A stretch of DNA of 64,000 nucleotides from Piromyces finnis finn (taxonomy: Eukaryota > Fungi > Neocallimastigomycota). Every line of letters begins with the position of its first letter. Position 1 is the stretch's first letter. Made by a program: the position numbers and the translations under genes. A model generated the notes under the pieces. The model saw nothing but the letters and a program-made list of their open reading frames with translations, ran no database searches and was not told the DNA's origin. The stretch covers positions 372,001 through 436,000 of the forward strand of contig MCFH01000022.1 of the NCBI GenBank assembly GCA_002104945.1. The letters run 5' to 3'. Below, piece after piece: positions 14,662 to 27,803 of the stretch.

Positions 14662-15044
14662 GTGTAATAAAGTAATGTTAAACAGATAAATCGCTAATAA
14701 CAGCAACAACGAAGCAAAAATATCAATATTAAAAAAAAAAAAACAAAAACTATATGAAAATAAATGTTAAGAAATGAAACAAAATAAAAAACAAAAACAA
14801 AAACAAAACGAAAACAAATATATACAATAAGAAAAACAAAAAAGCTAAACAAACATTTTTTTTTTTTGACATATAAATATATATATTTTTAAACCTTATA
14901 TTAGAATATTTTTATTATTATTTTTTAGCAAATAATATATATATATATATACTGAATAATTAGTTTTCTTTTATAATTTCATTTAAATTAATATTAATAT
15001 AATGTATAAAATGAAAAAATAAATAATTGATAATAAAAATAATA

Positions 15045-15078
<34 letters not shown>

Positions 15079-15278
15079 TGCATTATTAGTTTTTTATTTT
15101 ATTTTATTTTTTTATTACACAATTTTACTACTTTATTATAAGTTACTTAATTATTCTTTTATTATGTAGTCTATAAAATAATATAATTAAATTTATAATT
15201 TATGAATAAAAATTAAAAATAAATAACAATAAAAGTTATAAGAAAAAAAAATATATTAATATTTTATCCTCAAAATTC

Positions 15279-18200
15279 TTATAATTCATCCTTCATTTCT
15301 TCCTTTTTTTGTTCTTGTTCTTGTTCAATTTGTTCTTGCTCAATTTGTTCTTGTTGAATTTGTTCTTGTTCAATTTGTTCTTGTTCAATTTGTTCTTGTT
15401 GAATTTGTTCTTGTGGTTCTTGTGGTTCTTGTGGTTTTAAATTTGGTGCCGAAGATTCTTCAATATTCCTTTTTTTTGTTTCCTTTCTAATATTATTTTT
15501 GTAGCTTTCTTCAGCTTCTTTCATATTTCTGTTAATTTCTTTAACAATTTGAGGAAGATCAGATTGAACTCTTTGGCTAACTAAATGTTCATTACCTGAA
15601 ACAATAAACAAGATGTCCTTTAATAAATCATGATTACCTAAAATATCAACGTGATCAGCTGTTTCTGGTCCACCTCTTACCCACATTAAATAAGGATTAT
15701 GAGAATATTCTCTAGTGGTGACTTTCATCTGAGATGGATTATAACGTTTCATCTTCCAACCACCTTCGCACATATATCCTGATGAAACTACTGGTACAGT
15801 ACCATCCCCATTATCAAACTGAATACCATTTTCAATCTTTCTATTTGGATCGTTTTTGGATTGATCAAGATAATAACCAAGATGTTCATTAATCTTTGGT
15901 GAACTATCGAAATCTTCACTGTTTGGGGAAACAGTTTGAGATCCAGCATTTTTAGAGTATGGATCGTGAACATAATAATATTTTCTTTCAGTTGGTTTAT
16001 TGATACCATATAAACAATAAATATTCATATCTGGTGCTTCTGGTAATGAAACTTCTAATGGATTATTCCATTTTGTTTCATCATTTTTATTCTTTTCAAT
16101 TTCTTCTTCAGTAAATGCAATATCATGACTATAAGTGTTCTTTAAGAAGTTTTTATAGTTTGAATCACTAACTTCATTTAAAAATGGAATGACATCACTA
16201 CCATATATTGAAGTAATATTACCATCATTAGAGTTTCTATCCTTTTCTTGAATAGTTAAAATTCCGTATGGTCCATTTTTTTCAAAATTTTCTTCGTCTT
16301 GATCTGGTGCTTTTTCATTTTTTCTACCCCAAATAATATCACCACCTTTTGGAATCATACTACTAATACTACCATAATTTTTAAAAATAGTAACACGTTC
16401 TTTCATAGATAATAATTTTTCAAGGACATAGGATAAGAATGTACCAAGTTGGGCTGTATCTTTAGTTTCACCACTAACAAGTGCACTACAAGCTTTAGGT
16501 ACACCAAGTGCTGTACCAGCAACATCAATAAAGGTTTTAATATGATTATTGACCCAATCTTTTCCAGCATTACCACCTAATTATCAAAATATTAATGATT
16601 ATATTTATTTTTATTTAATTTATTTTTCGTTGATAAATTTATTTTTTCTTGAATACTTATTTAATATAACTACCTTCTGGTGATTGAACCCAACTTAAGA
16701 AATAGAAGAAAACATTAAATCCCATACTGTGAGCAATAATAACAACCTTTTCTTTCTTTAATTTAACTGTTTTTTCAATAGACATTTTTAAATCTGTGAA
16801 GAAACCATCACGAACTTCAAGATTTTTTGGACTTAATCTCCAATCATAGGATGAGAAAATGACTATATAATAAATAAATAAAATTTATGAGAATTTGTAT
16901 TTATTTTGAAAAGTATTTATAAAATCATTTATATTTTAAGATATAAATAAAACTTACTATTATTACTATCGTATCCAATAGTTCCTAAGTTGGTAATAAC
17001 TTTACCCCATACCCAGTAACCTGGGAATAAATAATCAGCAGAAGTTAAACCTATTTAATTTTTAATATGTTAATTGTCATGTACTATTTTACTCATTTAT
17101 AATTTTCTCAATTATATTAGTTTACCTGGTGAAGCTCTTAATTTATAACCTGGTGGATCAAGACCAGTTTCTGGATCTAACATCATATGTTCGAGCCAAC
17201 ATTTACGATCTAATAAGATAGCTTTTGGCATATTTAATGTACCCCACATACGTTTTCTAACTACATATCATTGTTTTGTGAAAATAATATAAAAAAAAAA
17301 ATTTAAATTATTAGTTTTATTTTTTATATAGAATTTTATTTTACTAAATCATTATTTTATTAATTACAGTATGTTTCTGAGCATTTGCTTGAATCATTAT
17401 TTGGATCCATCCATGTCTATTTCATTATTTATTTTATTTCAATATTATAAAAATTAATACGGGAATGATTGATATAAACTACTTTTTTTTTTTTTTTTTT
17501 ATTAAATGTATACTTACTTCTAAACCACATGAAGTAATTCCCGGTATAATAAATATAGGATATTTAGCTGTCAAATTGTAGGTTTTAACTAAATCTCTTC
17601 CTGGGAGAAAATTATCATCTTCAACAAAGTTTTCCCCGACGATTTTTTGCATATTTGAAACAAAATCGGAGGATAAGTAGTCAAATCCAATATCATTTAT
17701 AACTAATTATTAAATTATATTATAATAGAAATTTTTGTTTAAAATATTAGTACTTATAATATTTTCAAATTAATTTGATATAATGATAGTTTTCTATGCT
17801 ATTCTTTTTTCTATCTTTAACTTATTTTTTATTTCAATATTTTTATTAATATTTTGTAATACTAATATATTATTTTAGTTTTTTACTAACCATTTTTTAA
17901 TATTGATGGCATATTTTTATATTCGTCCATTTTTTTTGTGGCTAAGTAAATAGTTAAAGCACCAATTACCATACCTAAAATGAAGTAAACTCTTCTAAAA
18001 GCAAAAATACTTTTAGGAACTTGAGGGCGATGTTTTCTGTGATAACGGTGTAAGCGTGAAGATTTTCTGGCGTTTGTAGTTTGCGTAGGCTTTTTATTGG
18101 TATCAATATTTTCTTTAGATGTTGAGGAGGCTATAGAATGATTTTCAGTTTCACTATCCGAATAAAATGAATTTGGATATGAATCTGTTAAATCTGAATA

Positions 18201-18377
18201 GTTTGAGGCATTAGAAGAATATCCATCACTAATATAATCATCGTTTAAATTTGGTACACTTAAAAAGATTTTTTGAGATTCAGGTAAAGGTGGCTTAGCA
18301 CCCATTGGACTATTTTTATTCTTCTTTTGAATATTTTTGTTTATTAGTAATCTTTTTCTTAAATTATCTTGTGGCAT
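15279..18377 (-). CDS. LRO1: Phospholipid:diacylglycerol acyltransferase (LCAT family); multi-exon
   Basis: Cytosolic N-terminus plus one TM segment (RRVYFILGMVIGALTIYL). Exons give KYPIFIIPGITSCGLE, RKRMWGTLNMPK, CWLEHMMLDPETGLDPPGYKLRA, GYWVWGKVITNLGTIGYDSN, the nucleophile AHSMG, DGDGTVPVVS and ADHVDILGN. Confidence 0.95.
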
Positions 18378-18725
18378 TTTTATTTATTAAATTATATTAC
18401 TAATTAATAACTTAATTACAAACATTTATTGACTGTAAATAAAAAGAAATATATTATAAATTGTACTTTTAAATATAAAGATAGTAAGAGTAATATTAGT
18501 ATATTATTTTCTATTATTTACTATAATATTATAATAATTTTTAAAGGTAAGAAAGAAAACAATAATATATTTGTTTAATGTTTTATTATATATAATTTTT
18601 ATATAATAAATTATTATTACTGAAAAATTGTATGTTTTTTTTTTTTTAAAATGATTTTGTTTTCATATTTTTTTTTTTTAGTTTTGATATTATATCGAAA
18701 ACTATTTTTTTTTTTAATAATTTGC

Positions 18726-18764
<39 letters not shown>

Positions 18765-20944
18765 TTTATGAGTTTTATTATAGCGAAATAAATGAATTAT
18801 ATCAAATATTTGAATTAAAAAAACTACTTATTTTATTTTTAAAAAAGGTATTATTATTAATTATTTTTTATTTTACTTTATTTTCTTTTTATAATTATAT
18901 TTATATTTCTTTTAAATAATAAATAAAAATGATTAGAATGTTATAAGCTTTTCTAATTTCTTTTAATTCTTTATTTATTTAAAAGTTTATTTTTTTTTAT
19001 TTATTTTATTATTTTCTTTTGTTATTTTCTTTTTCAATTTTATGTTTTATCTTTTTCTTATTTAAAATGTTTTTTTTTTTTTTTTTTATTTATTTATTAT
19101 AATTGACTAATTTTATTTTGAATCTTTTTTCTTTCTTTTTTTTTTTTTTATTTTTTTATGGTAATGTTTTTGAAAATATTAAATATTTTTTATTATTTAT
19201 GAATATATATATTATATATTATTTTTATTACTTTTATTAATTTTTGTGCTATCCAAGAAATAAAAAAGTAAATCAATTAAATATTAAAAGTTTAAAAAAA
19301 AAATTAATTAAAATAAAATTAAAAAAAAAAAATTAATGCTTAAATATAATAATAAGCAAAGGGTATAAAATTTGCATAATTGTTTAATTATATATATAAA
19401 TATATAAATAGCAAAAAAAAATATAAGAATATTTTAGAAATTTTATTTTAGTCTTTTAATATTAAAATTTATAAAGAATGTGAAAAAAATAAAAACAAAT
19501 TTAAGAGACATTTAATACAGCTTCTACCACTTTATGATCATCATTTTTAAGCTTTTTAATAGCATGATAATAATTAAAGAATTTTTTATTATAAAAATAG
19601 AATATTAATCATACACTATTGGAAATAAATATAGATTATTTAAATTTAAATATAATATATAAATATATTATACTATTTAATTTAATCTTTACAATAAAAA
19701 TAATATATTATATAATATATTGCTAAAAGAAGTCTCAAATTCTAAAAGTAAAAATTATCATATGAAATTGAAATATAATTTTAATTAATCAAATTATAGA
19801 ATCTTAGAAGTGTATACAAATGTATACAAAACATGCATATTCATACGTTGTGGATCATGTTACATATATATATATCGTTAGTTTTAATATAATTGTAATT
19901 TTTTAAAGAACTCCCAATAATTTAGTAAATTTTGAAGATAGTCTACTATTATATATATATAAATAGTTTGTACGTGAAAGAAAGTAATATTAAAAATATA
20001 TAAAAAATAATTTGAAGTTTTTAATATAATAATAAAAGAGACATATTAAACTAATTATAAGTTCCTTTTTTTTTATTATTTAAAAAAAGATATAAATATT
20101 CAAATTTTGATAATTCTTATTGAATTGATTAAATTAAAATAATATGGATGATACATATCAGTTATAAGAGAAATTGATAAAATATTCTATAAAGATATAA
20201 ACTTATTTATACTATTATTATTTATATTATTATACTTTTATATGTTCTTTGTTATCATTTATCCTATAACAAATAGTATCACTTTTTTTTTTGTTCTTAA
20301 TTTTATTATTATATGTTGAATAGAGAATAATGTTAAGGAATAATTTAATTATGATTTAATTAATAAATATCATCATGTTAGTGAATAATTTATTTTGTTT
20401 TAGTTGATGGCTAGTAGTATTATAAAACTTTTTAAGTTTTTTATATAAAATATATTCTTTGAATTAATATAAAAATTTAATAAAAATTTTAGATTTTAAT
20501 TATTTAAAGAAACGAGTTATTAAATCTTTTTAACCATTATTCATTTTTATTTTTTTTTTAATATATATTTTATTTTAAAGATGTGAAATGAAATGTTAGA
20601 CTTCTGATTATTATATATATATTTATTTTTTTTTAATCAAATATTTTTAAATATTTAGTTATACATTTTATAAAAATTAAGATAAATAAGAAAAAAAATT
20701 GTAATGATTTATTAACACGCATTTCTTTTTTTTTTTAAATAAAAAAATACTATTATTTTTCTTTATTTAGCATAATTGTATTAATCAATAAAGGAATAAC
20801 AAAAGTTAAAAATTCTGAATTTAATAATGCGCATAATAAAAAAAAATAAGTGCATTATTTGCTTATAATTATGGTAAATAAATAATGAAATTAAAACTAA
20901 AAATATGATTATAGTTTTTTTCATTACTAATTTGTATTATAATA

Positions 20945-22590
20945 TAGGTGAATATGAATTTTCTAATGCTCCTTTTAAAAACATTTTTTATTCAGGTGGT
21001 ATGTTAATACTAATATATTAAGAATAAATAATATATGATTATTTATATTAAGTATACATATATTCACTCTAATATATTTGATTACTTTTTTTTTTTTTTT
21101 TTAAATTTAGAATTTTTTAGAAGTATTGATAACACAGTAAACTTGAGTAATATAACAGTAAGATTATTATTTATTATAATCTATATTATAATAATTATTA
21201 ATATATTAAAAGAATATTTTAATAATATATTATCATAGTATATATTCTATCTTTTTATATCAGATTGAAAATTACAACTCATGTTTAAAAAATGATTTAG
21301 AATGTTTTCAGGAACAAAAAGAATATATTAATGATCCGGAAACGGTGATAATAAGAGCTTATTTGATATTGATAATATAACTCTAAATAATATATATTTT
21401 AGTAAGTTTTTTTTATGTTAATATTTATTAAGATAATTACACTAACTCAATTATAACTAATTTTTTTTATTGGCTAAATAATAATTATTATATATACTTA
21501 TTATTACTATTATTTATGATGTATTTATTTTTTCTATAGATACATTATTTATTTATGGGTATAATAATAATAAAAATAATTAATTTGATATTTTTTTATA
21601 TATTTTAAAATTATTAATATAGGAAGTTATGCTAATGAAAGTATAGCATATATAGAAATAAATATATCTGAATGCAATAGCTCATATATATCAAGATAAA
21701 GATAATATTAATTTAAATCATGACAAAAACTTTTTTTCTATAAATAAGCAAAAATAATGAAATGATATTTTCATAATATAATTTCATACACTTAAAAATA
21801 TAAATGTAAATTTTTAAGGTATAAGCCACAATGCAATTTATCATGCAATACTGGTATGTGTTAATGATAATATTTGTGATTGTTCAATACTAAATTTAAA
21901 GGAAAATTCTGTGATGAGATGAACATTTTACATTAAAAAGAATAATATATTTGGATATTATTATGTTAATTACTTCAATAACATTAATAATACTATCAAC
22001 TATTCTTATTATGGAAATATTATTATTTAAATGTTATCATTAAAGCAGGTAATTATATACTTAGCAAACAATATTTTAAAAATTTTATTGAAAAACGATT
22101 TAATTAAAATAATTATAATTTTAAATATCATATTTAAATATTTGTTAGGAAGTATATATTTCATGTAAACTTCCAAAGTCAGAATTCTTAAAGTTTGTAG
22201 TGATAGCTGTTGATAAAAATAAATTAAAATTAAAATTATATATATTTTAACTAATAGTTATTAGCCATTCAATAAATGTAATACTTGTTATTACTAGTTC
22301 AATATTAGCATATTTTTAATGCTAAAAAACAATACAAAAAGGTAAAAAAAAAAAAAATTAAGTTTAAGATAAAATTATAATATTTAATAATCTAATACTT
22401 TTTTTTTTTTTTATTTTCCTACAAATAAGTCATTAGCTGTACCTATATATATATTTTTATTATTTGAAATATTAATAATGATAATTGATAAACAAAAAGA
22501 TCTATCCTTATTATTTAAAGATTTTATTGAATGTATCAGACTAAATATTTCAATAATAACTTTATTGTACTGTTTATATATTGATAAATT
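20945..22590 (+). pseudogene. Decayed remnant of an EGF-domain / class-C-like 7TM receptor gene of the family expanded in anaerobic fungi
   Basis: Exon-like fragments with GT/AG edges translate, with frameshifts, to IEINISECNSSY..QDKDNINL.SC, YKPQCNLSCNTGMCVNDNICDCS.TKFKGKFCDE (EGF-like), hydrophobic LLWKYYYLNVIIKAG and SLAVPIYIFLLFEILIMII. At least three frameshifts are visible (about 21700, 21890, 22000). The family assignment is from memory, not a search. Confidence 0.6.
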
Positions 22591-24376
22591 TATAATTTTA
22601 TATTTTAGAAATCAAACAGAAAAAAAAAATCCATGAGGCAAATTAATAAAGTTGTGCTAATTTAATTAAAGATAGTTTAACATTTTTTTTTAAATATTGA
22701 AAGATTAATAATGAGCATATAATAATGAACATAATAAAGATTTATGAATAATAATTTTTAAACCATATAAATATCATGTGATGCATAAAAATATGTGAGT
22801 ACATACAAATAATTAGTAATAGAATCCTCATATTTTTATTACATTTTATTTAGAAATAAGGTTTTTAGTTTAAGAAAATACAGAAATTTATTATTTATTA
22901 ATAATTAAAACTTTTCATCTATAATATAATAATACTATATATAAAGTTTTAACTATAATCTATTAAATTAATTGGTATAAACTTGATTAAGTTAAATTAA
23001 AATTTAATACTTCTTAATATAAGTATAATGTGTTTAAATAGTTTTGGTGTTTTCCAACATGAATTTAGGTAGAAAGTTTATCGTGGCTGGATAAATTCTA
23101 TAAAGCTTAACAAGGTTTCCTTTTGTTGTACTACTACTGAACTCTTATTGACTTTTACCACTAATAACATAGATTTTTAGTGCTTAAATTAATTTTGGTA
23201 AAATAGACAAATGATTAAAGATAATAATACGTATTTTTTATAATTTTAATTATAATTTTTCCCCACCCCACCTCATGTAACTTTTAAAATTAATGTAGAT
23301 AATGTTGATTCTTTATTATAGTAAGATATTTTTTAAATGTTAAAATAGAATAATATAACTATATATGCAATATTCATTCTCTTGTTGTTTAAACAATAGA
23401 TTTTTTTATTATTAAAATAAAGTTTTTAAACTCTTTTTGTTTTTCATTTCGTATGCATTTCATTAACAATTGAAAGTATGTTTGTTCTTTAATAAAATTT
23501 AAAGTTTTTATTTATAAAAATTTGTTAAGTTTAACAATAAATTAGAAAATAAGGTTTTTAAATTTATTTTACATATTTCTGTATATTTTTGATTTTCGTA
23601 TTGAGACATTTTTACAATAATTACATTGCAATTTTCTTATAAAATAAGCCTGGTTTAAGATATTGAAAAATTCACAAGTATTAATTATGCTTATATACAC
23701 AATCAAAATATCTATATAGTTATAGAAATAGTAAAGAAATAGAGTATAATTATTATCATTTTAATAACTAACACTTTTTTATATAAATATCGTGGATAAT
23801 TTATGACTGTATATTCTAAATATTAATTTATACTTAAGATACTATTCTTATGACATTAATAAATAATACAATAGTAAATCCTTAAAAATAGTATAAAATA
23901 TATTAAATTTAATAGACTCTATATAAGAAAATAGTTAATATATTTTATTATATATTAATAATATATAATCTATATTAAATAAGTTATAAAAAATTGTATA
24001 TTATGAAAATGAAAATAGCTTTATACTTTTTATAATATCAATTTTAAACGGCTTTAATATTATTTTTTAAATATATTTCATTATTTCGTATTTGACTATT
24101 TGATTTCATATCAAATTGTTTAAATAAAGTATAATGATATTAAAATAATATTTAAAATATAACTTGAAATATTATTTTTTGATATTTAACAATTTAATAA
24201 GAAGCATCTTAGTTTTACTAATATAGATTTTTAATAAATTTTTTAAAGAAATGTTTATTATATTTATTTAATATATAAATTAATATAAATAGGAATAAGG
24301 ATAATATAATACTTTATATGAATGAAAATTTTTATTATAAACATAATATATATATTTATTAATTGTTAAAAGAATG

Positions 24377-24501
24377 CGTGTAACGATGACGTTGCCATTT
24401 TTCATTCATAAATTCGTGTAACATTATTTATTTTTCCAAATTCCATAGCCAATTATAAATAATAATAACGTGCCAATCATATTCATATATTATAAACCAA
24501 T
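24377..24501 (+). promoter_or_regulatory. Promoter/enhancer-like island: two CGTGTAAC copies and three CCAAT boxes
   Basis: CGTGTAAC at 24377 and 24415; CCAAT at 24449, 24473 and 24497; locally GC-enriched within long AT-rich DNA. Confidence 0.4.
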
Positions 24502-26054
24502 AGTATTAAATTTTTATAAATTATTGAGTATGTATGTGATTTTATGGAGATTTCAATAGTGCTGAACTATTTAAATTTCCTTAATATTTACTATTATAAT
24601 AAAATAAAATAGTAAATATATATTTAACCAAATTGTTGTTAAATTTTATATACCTTTTTTAAATAATGATGACTTATTATTATTACTGGAGTTTATTAAA
24701 TTTCTTTTAAATACTATTAAATGTTGTAAAATAAGCAAATTAACCTTATTAATTATACAAAACCATTTTTAATTAACCTTAATCAATAATAAATTTTATT
24801 ATTACTTGAATTTTACTATTATTTAAATTTTTATAATCCGTTTTTATAAAAAATTAGTGTAATAAATAATATATTTCAATATATTTCAATAATATCATCC
24901 ATTTTATATTCTATAAATGTTAATAAATTTAAATATATTTTTTTTTCACTATTATATATTATTATTTATTCTTTAAATTAAAAGATATGTATAATATTAA
25001 TAAATATATAATAATAAATAAATAATATATAATATATATATTGTAAAAATGAATTATTTAGATAAATCAATTATTTTATGTTTTAAAATTTTATTCAAAC
25101 TGATAGTAAAAAAACTTTATTATTATTTGTAATTTGTATAACATTATAATATAACTCTAATAATTATCAATAGTGACGAATTTACATCATTTAAATAAAT
25201 TAAATTATTAATATATGTATTAGTCATATAAAATAAATATTTATATATATTACCCTTTTTAATAATATGAAAAAAAATTCTATAAAAAATTAAAAGTCCT
25301 TTTTATATTTTTCTTTTTTTTTTTTTAAACCTTTCAGTTTAATTTTAAATAGTCAAACTTGAATGATTAAATGAGAAAAAGATAATTTTTTCTTATTAAA
25401 TTAATGTTCATTAAGCTTTACGCAAAGTTATAATAACTTATCACAAACGATATTAAAAAATAATCATATACACATAAATTTATTTTTTTTTAAAAACATA
25501 TTATTAAAATTAAAAAATAGAAAAAGATATATTAATATATCTTAAAAAAAAAAAAAAAAAAAAAAAATTGAGAATATAATAGATTGTTTTTTTTATTATT
25601 TGTTCATTAAATAACGGATCTATAAATTAAACAAAATAATTGTATAAATATCTTTATTATTTTTTTTTGTAAAATATAAAACATCACATTGAAAAATAAT
25701 TTTGTTTAAATTTTTTATTGATCAAACGTTAAAATATTAAAATAACAATTGAAAATATATTAATGTCAATATATTAAAATCTTAAAAAGAAGGAAATAAT
25801 AAGTTTTTTTAAATACTTTCTTTTACAAAAAAATTAATTATAAAAGAAAATATAAAATATTATAATTTTTCATTTGAACATAAGACATTCGTTATTAAAA
25901 ACAATATATTTTCTAAAAAGAAAATCATAAGTTAATTTTCATAATCAATTATTATGAAATTATTTTAAACCAGTTTAATTTATAAAAATTATGATTTTTT
26001 TTGATTCCTATTAATTTTTTCAAAACTATATAAAAGAATTGAATAAATTCAATA

Positions 26055-26164
26055 TTCTCGCGCAATTTTAATTATTCACATTCGCAATCGCAATCGCTTA
26101 TTAAACTCATTAAAATCTCACGCTTTCGCATAGTATAATTTTATACTTTTGTTATTTACGCAAC
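26055..26164 (+). promoter_or_regulatory. Cluster of CGC-core motifs in the proximal promoter of the C2H2 gene
   Basis: TTCTCGCGCAA, TTCGCAATCGCAATCGC, TCACGCTTTCGCA and TTTACGCAA within 110 bp, 100-210 bp upstream of the ATG. CpG is otherwise rare here. Confidence 0.45.
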
Positions 26165-26267
26165 AATTTTTATATAAAATATAAAGAAAACGAAATAATT
26201 ATTTTTTTTCAAATTTCAAAAAGTAAAATAAAATAAATATTAAATCAATTATTTTAAAATTAAAGAA

Positions 26268-27803
26268 ATGTCTTACAACACTTTATTAACTGCTGAAAAC
26301 TTAGAACAGTTACAATTCAATTCAGTTGAATCCCAAAAAATATTAGCTAGTCAGATTCCAGGATTTGTTGACGCCCCAGAAATGATTCCTGAATTATTAA
26401 ATCAACATTACGAATTCAGTAATAACAATGTTAATGTGCTCCCAAGTCCAGAAACTGATTCTCTCATTTCTTCTCCATCTATTTCTAATCCAGATGATGA
26501 ATTAGATTTATTTGCATTACAGCCATCCGCACAAGGCCAAGAACAATTATTATGTGGTATCCCAGGAAGTAATTCAGTTAATGAATTATATCAAGCTTCA
26601 TATGAAAATGCCCTAATGACTATTCTTGCTAATAACCAATTACAATCAAATTTTGCAGTATGTGATACATTAGCAAATGTTAATGATGAAGAACTTTTAT
26701 TTAACTATCCAGGAATTATTCCTATGAAAAATCAATCTCCAGTTATTGATCCATTAGAATTAACACCAGGATTAAACGATATCCCTGTTGAAACATTAGA
26801 TCAATTATTAAATCAACAATCAGCAAATATTGAAATTCCATCATTAGTTCCAAGTGTTGAAACACCTATCGGTACTGAAATGGTTGATCCTTTACTTCTT
26901 GGTGCTACTAATCCATATTTGATGAATGAATTATTAGAAGCTAATTCTATGATTCCAGTTAACGGCAATTTTAATTTACAAACAACATCATTTGAACAAA
27001 TTAGTACTCCACCACAGTCACCAGTAAATATTGAAGATTTAAATGCTAAACAGTTTGCTTATATTTCTAATTCATCTCCAGTTGATATTGTTGGAATGAA
27101 TTTTATGAATGATACTAGTAATGCTCCAAATACTCAACCATTGGTACTTAAAAGTATGGTACCATCTATTTCCTCTCAAATTCCATTACCACAAGTTTTT
27201 ACACCTGAAATTGAAGGTAAAAAGTTACAACCAGCTCATGCTAGCGCTTGCATTCAAACTAAAACAAATTATACTTATATGCCAGTTTCTAAGAAAAGAT
27301 CTAATTCTGATTTAAAAGGTGCTAAACTTGAAAGAAAATCATCTAGCAAGGCTAGTCAAAAGAAATCTGTACCAATGATCAAAGATAAAACCAATAAAAC
27401 TATTCAAAAACAACAGGTTAAACATACATTCGTTATTGAAACACCTGGAGTTAATTATGGAAAGAAAGCATCTGGTAGAAGAAGAAAATCTAAGAAGAAT
27501 GAAGAAGAAGAAAATATTATTAATCTTCCACAAATTCCACAAGTTCCATGTAGACCAAATATTATTACAATCACTCCACAAAAACTCTCAAAAATTCATG
27601 CACGAACAACTGAAGATTTGGATTCATTACCATTCCAATGTGAATTTTGTCCATCCGCTTTTTCAAGAAAGCATGATCTTAAAAGACACATTAAAATTCA
27701 TACAGGATCTACTCCAGCTCATAAATGTAAGCATTGTGGAAAAAGTTATGCTCGCATTGAAGCTTTAACTAAACATGAAACTACAAAGGAATGTCAAAAA
27801 TAA
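26268..27803 (+). CDS. Intronless C2H2 zinc-finger transcription factor (two C-terminal fingers, acidic/Pro/Gln-rich N-terminal region)
   Basis: 511-aa ORF. The fingers are FQCEFCPSAFSRKHDLKRHIKIH, linker TGSTPA, and HKCKHCGKSYARIEALTKHETTKEC. A basic NLS-like GRRRKSKK precedes them. Confidence 0.92.
   Translation: MSYNTLLTAENLEQLQFNSVESQKILASQIPGFVDAPEMIPELLNQHYEFSNNNVNVLPSPETDSLISSPSISNPDDELDLFALQPSAQGQEQLLCGIPGSNSVNELYQASYENALMTILANNQLQSNFAVCDTLANVNDEELLFNYPGIIPMKNQSPVIDPLELTPGLNDIPVETLDQLLNQQSANIEIPSLVPSVETPIGTEMVDPLLLGATNPYLMNELLEANSMIPVNGNFNLQTTSFEQISTPPQSPVNIEDLNAKQFAYISNSSPVDIVGMNFMNDTSNAPNTQPLVLKSMVPSISSQIPLPQVFTPEIEGKKLQPAHASACIQTKTNYTYMPVSKKRSNSDLKGAKLERKSSSKASQKKSVPMIKDKTNKTIQKQQVKHTFVIETPGVNYGKKASGRRRKSKKNEEEENIINLPQIPQVPCRPNIITITPQKLSKIHARTTEDLDSLPFQCEFCPSAFSRKHDLKRHIKIHTGSTPAHKCKHCGKSYARIEALTKHETTKECQK

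Noticed and set aside
18722-18919. Hydrophobic 65-aa ORF upstream of LRO1 (also 21035-21238, 34028-34240, 52327-52530 and similar)
   Set aside because: They start at TTG or lie in near-pure AT DNA or (TTA)n runs; the composition (I/L/F/Y/K/N) is what random AT-rich sequence gives.
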